NCBI GenBank assembly: GCA_943354905.1
Contig: CALRDL010000001.1
Span: 29,520-93,519 of the forward strand
From: Candidatus Nomurabacteria bacterium
GTDB taxonomy: Bacteria > Patescibacteriota > Minisyncoccia > Phycocordibacterales > UBA9973
Reading direction: 5' to 3'
DNA: 64,000 nt
Below the pieces are notes generated by a model. It had not been told where the DNA came from. It saw only the letters and a list, made by a program, of their open reading frames with translations, and did no database searches. How positions within the stretch are numbered: the stretch's first letter is position 1; each line of letters starts with the position of its first letter. This document shows, one piece after another, positions 50,271 to 60,249 of this stretch. Both the position numbers and the translations under genes were made by a program.

Positions 50271-50296
50271 AAAAAGTCCCCTTCGGGACTTTTTTT
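50271..50296. terminator. Bidirectional intrinsic terminator
   Basis: AAAAAGTCCC-CTTC-GGGACTTTTTT. Confidence 0.8.
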
Positions 50297-50313
50297 AGCT
50301 ACGTTAAGTTTTA

Positions 50314-53300
50314 TTAGAATACATCTTCTGCTCTTCCTCGTAGAATTTTTGTTGTCACTGTGTCATCAAAAAGTATTCCTTTCTCTGCTAATTCAGCATG
50401 GTGTGCTACAAACCAAGTAGATAGTTCTTTATTATTATTTATAATCGAAGTTATTTCTGAAGACGATAAATGTTCCGAATTTGAGAGAGCTTGTAACATT
50501 ATTGTAGGATTGTTAAATACACTAGATAGATGTATCACATCCCCGGGATTAAGAATTCTAATATCTCCACTTGCCCACCCCAAATTTTTCAGTTCTGTGG
50601 GTGTCATTTTTGCATAAATGTCTTTTATTGCATCAATAACATGAGTTCTCTTTCCTTCATCCATCCCTTCCAATAAATGTTCTGCGTCCAATTGATTTTC
50701 AATGATTTTCCAAGTACTGTCGCCATAGGCAACAGTATGATCAATGAGAGTTGGCGTTGGGGCAAATACAGGCAGGCCTGGATATGTTAGCGTTGGTGGT
50801 GTAATGGTGGGTGTATCAAATAATTTTCCTCCGATCAGCCACCCGACAGATCCACCAGCCAAGGCAGCTGTCGTTTTTCTAAACATTTTCTTTATTCTTT
50901 CTTTATCTACTTCTGATTCCACTGTCTCATTCATACCATTTATTTCTGTGGCTAATCTGTTCGATAGACGATTTGAAAATCTCAGTGTTGGGTTGTCTAA
51001 ACGCGCCCCAGCCACAACTTCTCTGGCTGTTAAAGCATTATCTCTTTCTAGGATCATCAAAGCGATTTTTCCTTCATCTCCGCGTGTATGTAAGTTTTTT
51101 ATTGCCACACCCTTTTCTACTTGGAGCATTCGTAGTCTCGCTGCTTCTTTTTTGATTTCTTCAGGGGTAATAGAATTTAAGTACATATCTCGAGCGTCAT
51201 CTGTGATGAAATTTCTGTTTTTCAATTCTTTACTCATTTTTTGTACTAGATTTCCTTTGTGTCCTAAGAGTTTTGTAAATTGTTCCAATCCAGCCTCTAC
51301 TCCCACATAAGTACCTACTCCACCCATGACTGCTCGAGCTCCTACGATACCAGCACCTACTGCAGTACCTCCAGTAAGAATACTAGCACCACCTAAAAGC
51401 AAGCCAGTGACCAAGCGAGTCTTGGTAAGCTGTCTCCATTTAGTTTTCATTTTTTCGAAAATATTTTTCTCAATACCATTTACAGATCTGTTGTCTATGT
51501 TGTCTTGCTCTTTGCTTAAAAGATCCACAATTTTTTGAGTTATTTGTTCACGGCCTTGTTCTGCTGTCATCTCTCCTTTTTTTATTTTCTGAACTATTTC
51601 ATCTTCATGTTTTCTGATTTCCAAGATTCTATATTTAGAAAGCTTTTCTTGGTATTCTTTTCTTATTTTTTCAATTTCTAAAAGACCTTCTTTTCCGCCA
51701 AAATCCATTTTCTTCCCATCGAATTCCAATTTTCTTCCAAACATTTTACCAAACAACCCTCTAAACACGTTTCCACGCATTCTCTTTGCTTTTAGATATA
51801 AGTCTCTCAGTTCATCGAGTTTTTTTAGATCCTCAGACGTAAAAATCGGCATAGGTTCTACTACTATCGGTGGTGGTGGTCCAGGAGGAGTTTCTTGTGG
51901 TGTTGTATTCGGCGTTACTTCTGTTACTTTTGATATTTCGGTTTGGTGTAGATTTATGAATATAATTAAATTTTTTATAGCTAATTCATCTCCTTGTTCT
52001 GCTGTCTCTAATAGAATTATGAGTTGAGCTTTGAGATTTTCACCCATTGGCAATATCTCATGCTTTTTCATAGTGTCTGCTCGACTATTTATCAATATAA
52101 GTAAAGTATTGATGGCCCCACTATCTCCATTTTTAATTTGCCCTAACAATAATACAACTGTTATTCTTAGAGATTCGATTTTCTTTTTTTCTTTATCGTC
52201 TGGCTTTGTTTCTGGTACAGTTTTTGTTTCAGGAGTTGTTTCTTTATTCTTTTTACTATTCTTACTATCTAATTTTTCCTCAAGTTTTGTACGTTCCTTT
52301 TTTTTTGCCTCTAGCGAGCTGTATAAGGCAGCTTGATCTTCTTTTTGTGTAGAAGATTTATATTTTTCATCCAGCTTAAGAATTTCTTCCTTAAGTTTTT
52401 TCAGTTTAGCCATATCTAATTCTTCCTCAAGTTTATCATATTTCTCTTGTTTTGCATTTATCACGCTGTATAAGGCAGCTTTTTCAATCACTTTGTCTCT
52501 GGCAAGCAATTTATATGTTTCATCCAGCTCAAGAATTTCTTCCTTAAGTTTTTTCAACTTATCCATCTTCTTTTTATTTTTTTCAGCCTCATCTTCTTCA
52601 GCTTTGACTGGAGTTGTTTCTTTTTCAGGTACAATGGATATAGGTGTTTTAGTCGCCTCACTTTTCTCAGCTTTTTCATTATTATTCTCATCTTCTAATT
52701 CTTTCTCAAGTTTATCATATTCCCCTTGTGCCAGCTTTTTCATTTCCTTGAAGGTAATTTTTGAATTCCTTCCTAAAGAATGTTTAATCAGACTATCCAG
52801 CTCAAGAATTTCTTCCTTAAGTTTTTTCAACTTATCCATCTTCTCTTTACTTTTTTCAACCTCATCTTCTTTAGCTTTGTCTGGATCTGCTTTTTTTTCA
52901 GATTCAGTGGTTGCAGGTGTTTTAGTCGCCCCACTTTCTTCATCTTCTTTTTTTTGTTCGAGTCTAGTTAGTTCAAATTTAGCAAGTGCAAGCTTTCCTT
53001 TATTTTTTGTTTTTTTGGAATGATTCCTGCCAATATTCTTTTTTTTTAATGTTTCAATTGTTGTTTTAAGATTAGAGATCTCTAAATCAATACTACTAGG
53101 AGCTTCTCTAGGAACTTCCTTTGTATTTTCAGCTGGATTTTTATTTTCCTGTTTTGTTGGTTCAGGTTCTGTTCCAACTTGTGGAGACTTTGGCAGAGTT
53201 TCTTCTTCCTCAGGCTCTGGTTTTGATTCAGCTTCTATTCCTTCTTCTGTTTGAGGTTTTGCAGGCGTTTTAGCCGCCTCACTTTCTTCAGCTTCTTTTT

Positions 53301-53523
53301 TTTGTTCGAGTCTAATTAGTTCAAATTGAGCAAGCGTAAGCTTTTGTTCATTTTCTGCTGTTGAGAAAGGATTCCCGCTAGTATTCTTTTTTTCTAATGT
53401 TTGAATTTGTGCTTTCTGAGCAGCGATCTGTGAAGCGATATTAGGAGTTTCTTTTGTTGTTGTTTCAGCTTTTGTAGACGTTGGGGTCGTCTCTTTTTTT
53501 TGTTGTTGTGGTTGTCTGTCCAT
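50314..53523 (-). CDS. Large charged coiled-coil protein with internal repeats, TM hairpin and C-terminal LysM-like motif
   Basis: KLKKLKEEIL(E/K)LD x3; HTVAYGDSTWKI. Confidence 0.7.
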   Translation of the reverse strand: MDRQPQQQKKETTPTSTKAETTTKETPNIASQIAAQKAQIQTLEKKNTSGNPFSTAENEQKLTLAQFELIRLEQKKEAEESEAAKTPAKPQTEEGIEAESKPEPEEEETLPKSPQVGTEPEPTKQENKNPAENTKEVPREAPSSIDLEISNLKTTIETLKKKNIGRNHSKKTKNKGKLALAKFELTRLEQKKEDEESGATKTPATTESEKKADPDKAKEDEVEKSKEKMDKLKKLKEEILELDSLIKHSLGRNSKITFKEMKKLAQGEYDKLEKELEDENNNEKAEKSEATKTPISIVPEKETTPVKAEEDEAEKNKKKMDKLKKLKEEILELDETYKLLARDKVIEKAALYSVINAKQEKYDKLEEELDMAKLKKLKEEILKLDEKYKSSTQKEDQAALYSSLEAKKKERTKLEEKLDSKNSKKNKETTPETKTVPETKPDDKEKKKIESLRITVVLLLGQIKNGDSGAINTLLILINSRADTMKKHEILPMGENLKAQLIILLETAEQGDELAIKNLIIFINLHQTEISKVTEVTPNTTPQETPPGPPPPIVVEPMPIFTSEDLKKLDELRDLYLKAKRMRGNVFRGLFGKMFGRKLEFDGKKMDFGGKEGLLEIEKIRKEYQEKLSKYRILEIRKHEDEIVQKIKKGEMTAEQGREQITQKIVDLLSKEQDNIDNRSVNGIEKNIFEKMKTKWRQLTKTRLVTGLLLGGASILTGGTAVGAGIVGARAVMGGVGTYVGVEAGLEQFTKLLGHKGNLVQKMSKELKNRNFITDDARDMYLNSITPEEIKKEAARLRMLQVEKGVAIKNLHTRGDEGKIALMILERDNALTAREVVAGARLDNPTLRFSNRLSNRLATEINGMNETVESEVDKERIKKMFRKTTAALAGGSVGWLIGGKLFDTPTITPPTLTYPGLPVFAPTPTLIDHTVAYGDSTWKIIENQLDAEHLLEGMDEGKRTHVIDAIKDIYAKMTPTELKNLGWASGDIRILNPGDVIHLSSVFNNPTIMLQALSNSEHLSSSEITSIINNNKELSTWFVAHHAELAEKGILFDDTVTTKILRGRAEDVF

Positions 53524-53558
53524 TTTTATAATTAATATTTAAAGTTATTAAGAATTAT

Positions 53559-53861
53559 TTAGATTGTTGTTGCTTGCTTCATTTCCAGCATTTCTTTTTT
53601 AAAATTTGCTATTGTTTCAGCTATTGTGAAATCAAAATTAGGGATTTTACTTCTTAAAAATCCAACCATATCACCATTAGAGTCCAAAACTTTGTCCAAT
53701 TCTTTTTTCTCGTCTTCTGTTAAGATAGATAGAACTTCGAGATTGATTCTATTTTCTACCACTTGTGACATTTGGTTTACTAGCATTTCTTTTTTTTCAG
53801 CTGGTAGTGAGTCCAAGCCCAATTCTTGCACTAGATTTATATTTAAAAATTCAGTTATCAT
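53559..53861 (-). CDS. DUF5663-like protein
   Basis: ELGLDSLP.EKKE..LTEDEK..FLRSKIPNF. Confidence 0.7.
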   Translation of the reverse strand: MITEFLNINLVQELGLDSLPAEKKEMLVNQMSQVVENRINLEVLSILTEDEKKELDKVLDSNGDMVGFLRSKIPNFDFTIAETIANFKKEMLEMKQATTI

Positions 53862-54000
53862 ATTTTTTTATTTAAGCTAATAAATTATTGTTTATATTAT
53901 ACACCAATTAAATATGTTTTAGATATTTGTAATACCATTATACCATAAAGATGTGCATTTTGTCAAGTATTTATTTTTAGATTTTTTAAATCAAAACGCA

Positions 54001-54047
54001 AAAAGGCCGTACGCTGGAGTTGGGAATACCAACGGCGTACGGCCTTT
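54001..54047 (-). terminator. Hairpin terminator closing the GC-rich island
   Basis: AAAGGCCGTACGC..GCGTACGGCCTTT. Confidence 0.65.
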
Positions 54048-54106
54048 CGATTGATTTGGTTGATGTGTGTGCCGGCCCACGATTGTAGGTCGGCAATAAA
54101 GAACAA

Positions 54107-55141
54107 TTAAAAGGCTTCGATTTTCACCTGAGCCCCGGCTTTTTTTAGCCGGTTTTCAAGGTACTTGAGCCCCTTTTCCATCAGCGCTGGTCGTGAGACC
54201 GGGAGCGGATGGAGGTGGACAGTGAGTCCTTTCAAGTTGAGTGCGCCGATGTCGGCGATCTGGTCTAACTTTGACCAGTTCGCCTCCTCAAGAAGCTCTG
54301 GGTTTTTGTAAACCGAGGCTTCAGGAAGATTTTCGAGCCCATCTGTAAAAATGTGGAGCTTAGGACGTGAGTCCTTGTTCTCCATCATTTCTTTTAGGAT
54401 GGGCATGAGGCCACGCAGGACGGAGCTCTTGGGCTTTGCTTTCCCTTCCACTAGCCAGTCTGTGCTGGCTTTTACTTCGGCTTCCATACCAAGATTTGGA
54501 CGTTGCCGTCCCCCTTGGTAAGGGTCCTCGGAAATGTGATATAGGTTAAGCGCGATTTTGTTTTTGCCGTCAGCTCCGAGCTGTACGGCTCGGGTCTCGT
54601 CAACAATCTGACGAACCCGTTTGGCTAAGTCGTCACTGACACCCTCGGTGGTGTCGAGCGCGACTCCAAACGCCCGCTTGATCGCGACCGGGCCGGTGAA
54701 GGCCTCGATCGCTTTTGCCAATTCGGGCTGGGAGCCGGTGAGCTCTTTCCTCCGATTCGGCCGGGTCGTTTGCTCGAACTTTAGCCAGCCTTTCAGCTGG
54801 AAAATGTTCGAGGATAGGATCTTGTCACCGTCCTTTGTGACGAAGGTCAGTTTCAGTCCATACCCACCCGGCTCTTCCGGCGTGGGGCGTTCGGCGCCGT
54901 AGCGTTTGAGGCTTTTGGCGCTGAACTTCTTTGATTCTTGCAAGAAGATGTCCGTTAAGCGGACACCTTCCGTGGAAACGAGGGTGCTGGCGTCGATCGC
55001 CAACCCCCCGTCCGCTTCGACTTCCCGTTCGAAAACGAGGAAGTCTTCTTTGGGGGTGTACTTCTCCCCCCAAAGGAACATCGTGAGTCCGATCGCCGCA
55101 GCCAGTATGGCTACGGACGACAGGACCAGTTTTTTGTTCAT
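54107..55141 (-). CDS. Membrane-anchored protein with vWA/MIDAS-like motifs
   Basis: N-terminal TM; ALDTTEG, IFTDGLEN; GC-rich codons. Confidence 0.6.
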   Translation of the reverse strand: MNKKLVLSSVAILAAAIGLTMFLWGEKYTPKEDFLVFEREVEADGGLAIDASTLVSTEGVRLTDIFLQESKKFSAKSLKRYGAERPTPEEPGGYGLKLTFVTKDGDKILSSNIFQLKGWLKFEQTTRPNRRKELTGSQPELAKAIEAFTGPVAIKRAFGVALDTTEGVSDDLAKRVRQIVDETRAVQLGADGKNKIALNLYHISEDPYQGGRQRPNLGMEAEVKASTDWLVEGKAKPKSSVLRGLMPILKEMMENKDSRPKLHIFTDGLENLPEASVYKNPELLEEANWSKLDQIADIGALNLKGLTVHLHPLPVSRPALMEKGLKYLENRLKKAGAQVKIEAF

Positions 55142-55162
55142 TGCTTCTGTTCCTTTCCGCCC

Positions 55163-56773
55163 CTAGAACTTAGGGGCCCTCCACGCTTTTACCGGCGCGG
55201 GGGCGGGTGGTGGTGGAGGTGCGGGTTTTGCAACCTCAAGGGCCGCTTTCTCCGCCTCCGCTTTTTTTCCTGCAATCAGTTCTTCCGTGATTTTTGCAAG
55301 GGTTTTTTCCGTTTCCGCTATCGTCATGACGCGGACTGAAATGTTTTCGTTTGCCGGCGTCGTCGTGACGGCTTCCATGTCGGCGATAAGGCCGGCAGGG
55401 AGATCGATCGAGAACACCGGCTTGTTGGCGTTGAAATTGGCGACGAGTTCGTCGTCGCTTTCCGTTGAGTTGCTGGTTCTTGCCACCATTTTTTCAATGG
55501 CTTCGCCGAATTCATCGACGAACCACTTGGGTGACTGGCCGAACTCATGTGCGAGCCGGCGAATCGTGGCGATGCCGTGGTTGTGGGTCTCTTTGGCTTC
55601 TTTTGCCAGCGCGAGCTGGTGCTGGAATTCTGTGTGGTAGACATTGTAAGCGCCCTGTGCGTCCGGAGACGTGACAGTCGCTTCCAATTCCACTAACTGC
55701 TTTGCCAACGCTTCCGCCTCTACCTTCTTGGCCATGGCGGACTCGGCTTGCGGGTGGGTGGTGGTTGAAAACACCGCTTCCCAAGCGTACAATACCGCGA
55801 ACACTAACACTACACCAAACGATCCGGCGATGTCGCCAGTCTGAGTCATCATAACCCAGCGGATGCCGAGGGTTCCGAGGATAGTCATGGCCATTAGCCA
55901 GAACCACATCCTGTGCTTAAACTCCGCGTCGCCAGACAGAGTGAAAACCGAGACTGACTTACCCGTCAAGGGGTCTACCCCGTTCGGAAAAGTTTCTCTC
56001 AGTTGCTGAGTAGCGTTGCAAAGGTCGAGTTCCACCTTCATGGCGGAACCAGCGAAGTAGGTGGTTATGGATCCCGCCATGCTCACTAGGAGCGAGAAGG
56101 CGAGGGCCATCGATTGGTTTCCTTGGTCTTGAAGTATTGGTGCGTTGAACACCACTTCAAAAAACAAGGATATCGCGAATGCCGCGGTCACGGGGAGCCA
56201 AGATGCTGGTCCAGTTTCCGGAGCATTGATTGCGAGGTTTGGGTTGCCGTTGATGCCGATTGCCAACCGGCGTGCCTCAAGGAAGGCATCTTTTGCCTTG
56301 ACCTGGAGGGTGTCGATGGCGGCGAGGCCCGCCTGGGCGAAGCCTTTTAGCTTGCTGGCGAAGTCCGTGGTGAGTTGGTTGGGGTTCGGTGTTGGCACAT
56401 CCTGTGCCTGACGAACCTTTTGAATCGCGTTGCCGAGCGTCTGCTCGGCAAAGGCTTTGTATCCAGCGAAGAGATCGCTGAACATCTGGGCCACTTCTTC
56501 GAACAGAACCGATATTTGACCCGGGGCATACGTGCCCCCGAGCCCCTCTACTGCCTGGACGAGTGCTGGCATGTGCGGGGTGACGACGACCTGAGGGTCG
56601 AGGGTTACCACACTTCTAACGACGGGCTGGATGTTGTTGTTTTCGGTCACTGCGGCCGGAGCCGAGGTGCCGATTTTTAAGGACGTAGTGCCCCGTCCGG
56701 GCACCAGCTGGAGCAGTCGCCTGCTCCAGCTTTTGAGTTTTTCTCTCATTTTTTTTACCTTTTCTTTTGTCAA
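55163..56773 (-). CDS. 4-TM coiled-coil hypothetical protein
   Basis: Four hydrophobic segments, Pro-rich tail; GC-rich. Confidence 0.65.
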   Translation of the reverse strand: MTKEKVKKMREKLKSWSRRLLQLVPGRGTTSLKIGTSAPAAVTENNNIQPVVRSVVTLDPQVVVTPHMPALVQAVEGLGGTYAPGQISVLFEEVAQMFSDLFAGYKAFAEQTLGNAIQKVRQAQDVPTPNPNQLTTDFASKLKGFAQAGLAAIDTLQVKAKDAFLEARRLAIGINGNPNLAINAPETGPASWLPVTAAFAISLFFEVVFNAPILQDQGNQSMALAFSLLVSMAGSITTYFAGSAMKVELDLCNATQQLRETFPNGVDPLTGKSVSVFTLSGDAEFKHRMWFWLMAMTILGTLGIRWVMMTQTGDIAGSFGVVLVFAVLYAWEAVFSTTTHPQAESAMAKKVEAEALAKQLVELEATVTSPDAQGAYNVYHTEFQHQLALAKEAKETHNHGIATIRRLAHEFGQSPKWFVDEFGEAIEKMVARTSNSTESDDELVANFNANKPVFSIDLPAGLIADMEAVTTTPANENISVRVMTIAETEKTLAKITEELIAGKKAEAEKAALEVAKPAPPPPPAPAPVKAWRAPKF

Positions 56774-57034
56774 GTTCTGCCAAAGACTGCTGGGTTCTTC
56801 TTCCAGTCACCTTTGAAGTAGTACAAGATATTAGTACTATGAATTAACCCATATTTATAGTATAGCACTTATTTATCTAAATGTCAAGCTGAATATTGCT
56901 ATGTTTTATAAAATGTAGTGTAATAAAGACCATTGAGTTATCCCCACATTCCCTCTTTTCGATTGACTTTCGACCCTCTTTTGTTATCATATAGGAGTAC
57001 CCATACACCTAAATAAATAGGTGTTCGGGTATAG

Positions 57035-57100
57035 TTCTGAATAGAGGAGATGGTACAAGATGGCAGATAAGCGGACCCGACAGTAACCATCGTAAGAATC
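57035..57100 (+). promoter_or_regulatory. Compact c-di-AMP (ydaO/yuaA) riboswitch-like element
   Basis: TTCTGAAT..GATGGT..GACCCGACAGTAACCATCGTAAGAA; promoter TTGACT-16-TATCAT at 56963. Confidence 0.5.
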
Positions 57101-57252
57101 TTTTTTTACAGCACAATTTCGGTCGTACTGTATTCTAGCCTTACATTAAAAGGTCAGAAAGGAAATCTTACGGTAAATTTGTTTGTTTTATAAAAAACCT
57201 ATTTAACATATACAGTGCTACGCAGACTAAATCTTTTGCCCTAAAGGGTATT

Positions 57253-58272
57253 TTGATTTGTGTACTCACTCTTTCTCCTTTGTGGCAAGCAGAAGCAGGT
57301 CTATGGTCTTCTGTGTTGGGTAGCGAGGCAAGTGCCCAGAATTTGACTATAAACTCTGTAGAGTTAAATAAAAATTCGCAAACTTTACCTATTTTACAAG
57401 CTGATGTTCCCTTTTTTACTATTACTAATGACAAAAAAGGTTTTAAAGTGTCTCCAGATCTTCAAGGTGATATCGTGGAAAACACAGCTCTCTTGCCTGC
57501 TATGGGTCCTGCGAGTGTCTTTGGTGGTCCTGAAGTAGAAGATTTTTCTTTGGAAGATACCAGTATATATGTAGTTCACAAAGGTGATACTGTGCAGATC
57601 GTCGCGGATATGTTTGGTGTTTCTGTCGATACTATCCTATCAAGTAATGGTATGAAGAAGGGAGATGCTCTTAAAGAAGGTGATGTCCTTTTGATTTTAC
57701 CTTTTTCAGGAGTGGAGCATACGGTAGCAAGTGGGGAAACTTTAAATGGTCTTGCCAATAAATATAAAGTTGATGTTGAAGATATTCTTTATGCAAATGA
57801 CTTACACGAAGATGTCAAACTCGCAATCGGTGATAAATTGATGATTCCTGGGGCTAGAATGCTCAGTGAAATAAAACCAAAGGTTTCTACGGTAGCCAAG
57901 GGCGGGTCTTTTTCTGTGCCGAGTGTGGCTGGTTATTTTAAAAATCCAGTTCCTGGAGCAATAAAAAGTAGGGGGATTAAGCCTGGTCATAAAGGCGTAG
58001 ACTTTGCCGCTCCTATCGGCACACCCATCTATTCCTCAGTTTCTGGTACAGTTTTGATAGCCAGAAATGGTTTTAATGGAGGCTTCGGAAATTATGTCGT
58101 GGTTCAACATTCAAATGGTGTGAAGACTCTATATGCTCATATGTCAAAATTAGGTACGACTTCTGGGGCTAAGGTGGCTCAGGGAGAAGTCATCGGTTAT
58201 GTCGGATCAACAGGTAAATCTACCGGACCACATTTACACTTCGAGACAATAGGTACCAAAAATCCTTTCTAA
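57253..58272 (+). CDS. LysM-domain M23 peptidase
   Basis: Two LysM repeats; HKGVD, YAHM, STGPHLHFE. Confidence 0.93.
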   Translation: MICVLTLSPLWQAEAGLWSSVLGSEASAQNLTINSVELNKNSQTLPILQADVPFFTITNDKKGFKVSPDLQGDIVENTALLPAMGPASVFGGPEVEDFSLEDTSIYVVHKGDTVQIVADMFGVSVDTILSSNGMKKGDALKEGDVLLILPFSGVEHTVASGETLNGLANKYKVDVEDILYANDLHEDVKLAIGDKLMIPGARMLSEIKPKVSTVAKGGSFSVPSVAGYFKNPVPGAIKSRGIKPGHKGVDFAAPIGTPIYSSVSGTVLIARNGFNGGFGNYVVVQHSNGVKTLYAHMSKLGTTSGAKVAQGEVIGYVGSTGKSTGPHLHFETIGTKNPF

Positions 58273-58276
58273 TTTT

Positions 58277-59026
58277 TTATTCTAATGCCATCAGTGCAAC
58301 CATCAAGAGTATTCCTATGGTTAAAAAAACGAATTGTAAAAGTGAATATTTTATTTCTTTGGTTTTGTGTAATTCTGGAATTAAATCCGCAATTGCAATG
58401 TAAATAAACCCTCCGCTAGCTATCGGTATAAAGTATATGATGAAATTTTCCGCAATTCCTCCTAAAATAAATACAAAAATCAATCCAGCGATAGACAAAA
58501 GTCCCGATAAAAAATTTAACCATAATGCTCGAGTTTTGGTATAGCCTGCGTGCAATAAGACTGCAAAATCCCCTATTTCTTGAGGTATTTCATGCAAAAT
58601 GACGGCTATGGTGGTAGCGATACCTACTGGCACACTCACTAAAAAACTCGCTCCTATTATTATTCCGTCTATTAGATTGTGGACACCATCGCTAAAAAGA
58701 ATCAACTTCCCTACTGGATGAATATGATTTTCTTCTTTGTCTTCGCCATGGTGATGCCAGTGGAAAAATTTTTCTACAATAAAGAAAAAAAGTATTCCAG
58801 CAATTATGAGCAAGCTCACCAGCAAAGGGTTTGAAGAATTTTCTAAAGCCTCAGGTATGAGATGAATAAATGCATCTCCCAAGAGCGCACCCACAGCCAG
58901 ACTTATAAAAAGATTGATATATTTTTTTATAATTTCTTCTTTAAAAGAAAGTGAAAATACTCCGATCAAAGAAATAAGACTCACAGCTAGGACACTCACG
59001 AAACTATATAAATATATTATGGGCAT
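58277..59026 (-). CDS. ZIP-family metal transporter
   Basis: HLIPE, DGVHN..DG, HEIPQEIGD, His-rich loop. Confidence 0.92.
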   Translation of the reverse strand: MPIIYLYSFVSVLAVSLISLIGVFSLSFKEEIIKKYINLFISLAVGALLGDAFIHLIPEALENSSNPLLVSLLIIAGILFFFIVEKFFHWHHHGEDKEENHIHPVGKLILFSDGVHNLIDGIIIGASFLVSVPVGIATTIAVILHEIPQEIGDFAVLLHAGYTKTRALWLNFLSGLLSIAGLIFVFILGGIAENFIIYFIPIASGGFIYIAIADLIPELHKTKEIKYSLLQFVFLTIGILLMVALMALE

Positions 59027-59096
59027 AGATTTTTATCAAAAATTTTATTAGAGAGTAGAATATTTAAATTTTTTATGTTAAGATTATTTAGTCAAA

Positions 59097-59170
59097 CGGG
59101 CTGTAGTATATCGGTTGTACAAGTGCTTTGGGAGCATTTAGGCTGGGTTCGACTCCCAGCAGCCCGACCA
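59097..59170 (+). tRNA. tRNA-Pro(UGG)
   Basis: Anticodon loop TTTGGGA; encoded CCA. Confidence 0.9.
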
Positions 59171-59193
59171 GAAAGTTGTTCATAATTAAATTT

Positions 59194-59264
59194 GCGGGAT
59201 TAGTTTATCGGTAAAATAACAGTTTTCCAAACTGTGGTGAAGGGTTCGACTCCCTTATCCCGCA
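59194..59264 (+). tRNA. tRNA-Gly(UCC)
   Basis: ACAGT-TTTCCAA-ACTGT. Confidence 0.92.
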
Positions 59265-59283
59265 CAGAACTAATGTGAGTATA

Positions 59284-59697
59284 TCATAGAATGATATCAC
59301 TTAGAATTCTTATTCTAGATTTTTTGTTTTTTATATCTATAAAAACCACCAGTAAATCCACCTGCCATTCTTTCTCTTCGTGTTTTCTATTGGACATCAG
59401 ATAAGTTTGGATTGTCCTTGAGAGTCTTTTAAGTTTCCACGGGTGCATATTGTCTTCTGGCCTAGAATCTTCATATGTTTCACGCGGAACGTCCTGAGTA
59501 CCCCCGAAGGAAGTAACACTCTTGACCTCAATGAAATATAGTTTATTTTCCTTCTCAGCCACAATATCTATCTCGCCCCATTTTTTTGTATAGTTTCTGT
59601 CTAAAATTGAAAAACCATGTTTCACGAGAAACTTTGTAGCGATATTTTCTCCTATTTCTCCAGTCTTTTGTGTTTCTGAAGTGAATACTTTAGGCAT
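59284..59697 (-). CDS. YraN-family (UPF0102) nuclease
   Basis: GEIGE..RNY..GEIDIVA..FIEVK. Confidence 0.9.
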   Translation of the reverse strand: MPKVFTSETQKTGEIGENIATKFLVKHGFSILDRNYTKKWGEIDIVAEKENKLYFIEVKSVTSFGGTQDVPRETYEDSRPEDNMHPWKLKRLSRTIQTYLMSNRKHEEKEWQVDLLVVFIDIKNKKSRIRILSDIIL

Positions 59698-59978
59698 AAA
59701 AATGATTTATTGTTTCACGCGGAACGCCCTGAGATACTCGAAGGGTGTAACTTTATTAAATATGTTTCACGTGTAACTAAAAGGTTAAATTTAATGTCTT
59801 TTATTGAAATACCTTTATTTGACAACATATTTTGTCAAAATCTGCTTATAAAAGACAAGATTTTTTATGTCCTTTATAAACATAATTAACATAGTTATCC
59901 ACATCTGCTCGTCTTTCGGTGAGGTTTTGTGAATAATCCTTATTTGACAACATTTTAATAAAGGACAGAGATAGGGTG

Positions 59979-60050
59979 TGCACCCGGAGGGATTCGAACC
60001 CCCAACGACCGCTTCGAAGGCGGATATGATATCCATTTCACTACGGGTGC
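59979..60050 (-). tRNA. tRNA-Arg(UCG)
   Basis: Anticodon loop CTTCGAA; acceptor GCACCCG/CGGGTGC. Confidence 0.92.
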
Positions 60051-60169
60051 AATAGAAATAATTATACATCATTTTTTATTATTAGTATAATATCCTTTAT
60101 GCATAAGTCCAAATATAAAATTGCAATTAAATGAATTTAATATATAATTAATTTATTAAATATAATTTA

Positions 60170-60240
60170 GCGGTTATGGTTTAGTGGTAGAACACGTCCT
60201 TGCCAAGGATGAGACGGGAGTCCGATTCTCCCTAACCGCA
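60170..60240 (+). tRNA. tRNA-Gly(GCC)
   Basis: CGTCC-TTGCCAA-GGATG; T-loop TCCGATT. Confidence 0.9.
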
Positions 60241-60249
60241 CAAAATAGA

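Noticed and set aside
59698-59978. Alternative oriC near the parS cluster
   Set aside because: Only two DnaA boxes; the dnaA-dnaN gap has boxes, trio-like repeats and canonical synteny. GC skew was not computed.
59815-60072. 85-aa ORF
   Set aside because: Overlaps tRNA-Arg; spurious.
60184-60249. ORF-track start of the CCA enzyme
   Set aside because: Lies within tRNA-Gly(GCC); TTG at 60250 is more plausible.
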